From a virus (taxonomy: Duplodnaviria; Caudoviricetes): a stretch of 61,932 nt of DNA. Below the pieces are notes generated by a model that saw only the letters and a list, made by a program, of their open reading frames with translations, had not been told where the DNA came from and did not search any database. Location: positions 1 to 61,932 of IMG/VR virus record IMGVR_UViG_3300020578_003649; one strand, written 5' to 3'. The position numbers and the translations under genes were made by a program. Positions 59,781 through 61,932 of this stretch are shown here, piece by piece (the first letter of the stretch is position 1; every line of letters starts with the position of its first letter).

Positions 59781-59978
59781 TCATTTTCTATCTCTTTGTG
59801 AAATCCAAAAGCGTAATTCTGATGTTGCAGGAACTTTTGTTAAATCAAAATAACGAACATATTCATCTGCTAAATATGCTGGCATATTAACTGTTTCGTA
59901 AGTTAATTGATTCCATGTTACCATACTTAAATGGTCTTTTTTACGTTTTGTACGTTTTAGTGGTTTTTCTCGTTTCAT
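59781..59978 (-). CDS. small hypothetical protein
   Basis: ORF track. Confidence 0.6.
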   Translation of the reverse strand: MKREKPLKRTKRKKDHLSMVTWNQLTYETVNMPAYLADEYVRYFDLTKVPATSELRFWISQRDRK

Positions 59979-60124
59979 TATATTTTTTTAAAAAAATTTG
60001 TAATAAAATAGTTCATTGTGTTAAGATTAAGATTATTTTGATAATTTACAAAAATTAAATCTAACAAATCAATATGAGACATATTATCTGGGCAAATTCC
60101 GATGATATGAAGAATTTCGTGCAT
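59978..60124 (-). CDS. 48-aa hypothetical protein (not in ORF track)
   Basis: MHEILHIIGICPDNMSHIDLLDL...; fills gap with TAATG coupling. Confidence 0.55.
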   Translation of the reverse strand: MHEILHIIGICPDNMSHIDLLDLIFVNYQNNLNLNTMNYFITNFFKKI

Positions 60125-60125
60125 G

Positions 60126-60902
60126 TTATACTCCTCTTTTTGTATTATAACTTATTATGTGATCGCGACCAGTCATGTTATAGCCTTTTTCAGCACACAT
60201 TTCGAATACGATAGGGTACATTTTAATAAGCTCGTCACGCGTATCACCTGCGGGCATAATATATGTCTTATTTTTAGGAATGTTAAACAATACCCTAAAT
60301 TCTTCAATTTCTTCTAAATTATATGCAGTGCCATCCCAAACTGGTTTATAATGGTAATCGGCATGAAATGATATCATTTGCTTAATAGCTTCCGTGTTTA
60401 ATCTGAACTTGTTATGCTGTTTAACCATTTTTTCATCTGTAATAGTACCTTGTGGAGTTGCAACACCTACAACTGGGATACTATTGCTAAACTTAGGACT
60501 AAGGCTAATAAGTCCAATTGGATAATCAGTCTCAATAAAATGAGATCCTTCAGTCTCAATTGTGATAAGAATACCTCTTTCATGAGCGAAATGTGTTAAT
60601 TCATTTACTAATGCAGGGTGCATGGTTGGAGACCCGCCTGTTAACATCATTTCCGTAATATGTGGATTCTCATCATAAATCTTAATGATGTCATTAAAAC
60701 AAAAGGTGCCTTTTTCAGGATGTATACTTGTATACCATGAGTCGCACCACCCACCCTCGCCAAAATAGCAACGATGCGTGCAACCTGTAGTTCTAACTGC
60801 AATAGTAGGTCGGCCAAACCGACTGCCTTCGGATTGTACGCAACGATACAATTCTACTATTGGTAATGTTTTTGTGTAATCTGTAATTCTTCCTGGTTTC
60901 AT
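60126..60902 (-). CDS. queE: 7-carboxy-7-deazaguanine synthase (radical SAM)
   Basis: VQSEG..GRP, RTTGCTHRC...WCDS, TGGSP, IETEG, SPK; start moved to MKPGR. Confidence 0.9.
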   Translation of the reverse strand: MKPGRITDYTKTLPIVELYRCVQSEGSRFGRPTIAVRTTGCTHRCYFGEGGWCDSWYTSIHPEKGTFCFNDIIKIYDENPHITEMMLTGGSPTMHPALVNELTHFAHERGILITIETEGSHFIETDYPIGLISLSPKFSNSIPVVGVATPQGTITDEKMVKQHNKFRLNTEAIKQMISFHADYHYKPVWDGTAYNLEEIEEFRVLFNIPKNKTYIMPAGDTRDELIKMYPIVFEMCAEKGYNMTGRDHIISYNTKRGV

Positions 60903-60909
60903 AATAGGA

Positions 60910-61257
60910 TTAAAAAGGTAATTCATCATCATTGGCATCGACATGATCTAATTTTTTTATTAGTTCGTTAAATTTTTCTTCTAATGCAGTTAGTTTATCA
61001 AACAATGCGTTCAAAGTTACTGGATCTATCATTGTATACTTAACATCATTGCCAAAATATTTATTTAGAAATGATCTAGGATATGTTGCAACTCGAGAAA
61101 AATTTTCGCGACTCATGTCCGGAGGTAAATCACGCCAAACAATTTTGATGCCTTCTTTTAAGGCAGCATCCATTATTTCGCGACCTACATTATTAAGTGT
61201 AGCAGATTTACCTGTATACTCGTAAATTGATACATACATTTCATTAATATTGTTCAT
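60910..61257 (-). CDS. hypothetical protein with coiled coil and SSB-like acidic tip
   Basis: Ends DANDDELPF. Confidence 0.7.
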   Translation of the reverse strand: MNNINEMYVSIYEYTGKSATLNNVGREIMDAALKEGIKIVWRDLPPDMSRENFSRVATYPRSFLNKYFGNDVKYTMIDPVTLNALFDKLTALEEKFNELIKKLDHVDANDDELPF

Positions 61258-61711
61258 AACTTGCTGAATTTCGTTCGTGTTCGTATACTTCTACTTTTGT
61301 AGCTTTAACTCTTCCTTCAGTTTCTTCCTTGAGGAATGCATTGATTATTTCAAATAAAAACTCTGCAAATCTCTCACAGCCAGTTGCTGGTAATACTCTA
61401 AGTTGTATGATTCCATCTTTGTCCATTTGTATAAATTTTTGTAAGTATGGATCATCTTCAGCTACAATAGTTGTGTGATCTAGCAACCAAGCAAAGTATT
61501 CTTTTGGTGACATACCTAAGATGGTAGAGTTAGCTCTTTTCATACCGCCGAAATCCCATACCCAATTGCGTTCATCTAGTTCACCTTCAAACCATACTCG
61601 GAATGAAATTGCATAGCCATGTAGGTATTTACAATGTGTGCCATCTGCTTTCCATTGACGGAAACATGCTGAGTACCCATCATATAATTTAGTTGAAATG
61701 TAACGTGCCAT
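61244..61711 (-). CDS. queD: 6-carboxytetrahydropterin synthase
   Basis: HCKYLHGY, WVWDFG, LDH, CERFA, VYEH..NSA. Confidence 0.9.
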   Translation of the reverse strand: MARYISTKLYDGYSACFRQWKADGTHCKYLHGYAISFRVWFEGELDERNWVWDFGGMKRANSTILGMSPKEYFAWLLDHTTIVAEDDPYLQKFIQMDKDGIIQLRVLPATGCERFAEFLFEIINAFLKEETEGRVKATKVEVYEHERNSASYEQY

Positions 61712-61932
61712 TATTTTTGTTTGTTAATAATTGATAAAAACTCTTTACGTGCTTCGGGATCTGTTTTAAAACATCCTCCCATTTTGCTTGTTACCGTATC
61801 AGAATTAACATCTTGTATTCCTCGCGATTTTACACAATAATGTGTTGCTTCTATAATTATGCCAATATCCTCTGTTTCTAAAATATAACTTAAAGCATAA
61901 TAAATTTGTTCGGTTAATCTTTCTTGTATTTG
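61711..61932 (-). CDS. folE: GTP cyclohydrolase I, 3' part (truncated by window edge)
   Basis: Manual translation QIQERLTEQI...EATHYCVKSRGIQD...TVTSKMGGCF....ARKEFL. Confidence 0.92.
   Translation of the reverse strand, partial: QIQERLTEQIYYALSYILETEDIGIIIEATHYCVKSRGIQDVNSDTVTSKMGGCFKTDPEARKEFLSIINKQK

Overview
A 62 kb segment of a large, AT-rich, lytic-type dsDNA phage genome (T4-like replication module, jumbo-phage style). Essentially every real gene is on the minus strand. The host is most likely Bacteroidota (two type IX secretion C-terminal domains, DUF2452, Bacteroidota-like GroEL/ClpS). In transcription order (right to left): (1) a 7-deazaguanine DNA-modification and replication block (folE partial, queD, queE, HPRT, family B polymerase, cytidylyltransferase, DpdL-like T-fold, GT4, TGT/DpdA-like, sliding clamp, HNH, dUTPase, clamp loader); (2) a ~16 kb glycan biosynthesis island; (3) a lysis module; (4) probable virion-packaged proteins sharing an N-terminal 'IxLxxL(L/I)xE' motif; (5) proteostasis and translation genes (ClpS, ArfA-like peptide, MoxR AAA + VWA, GroEL); (6) thyA followed by gene cassettes that each end in a copy of the thyA 3' end; (7) two tRNA loci and a T9SS cargo protein; (8) many small ORFs and a non-coding region with phased CTAAAAATA repeats, a structured RNA and a 54-bp tandem repeat. 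Best novel candidates: a clamp-coupled DpdA/DpdL deazaguanine system with embedded sugar enzymes, the thyA-tail cassette array, anti-leader RNA elements complementary to the phage's own translation-start motif, and phage-encoded T9SS substrates. All family calls come from motif recognition by eye; no database searches were run.
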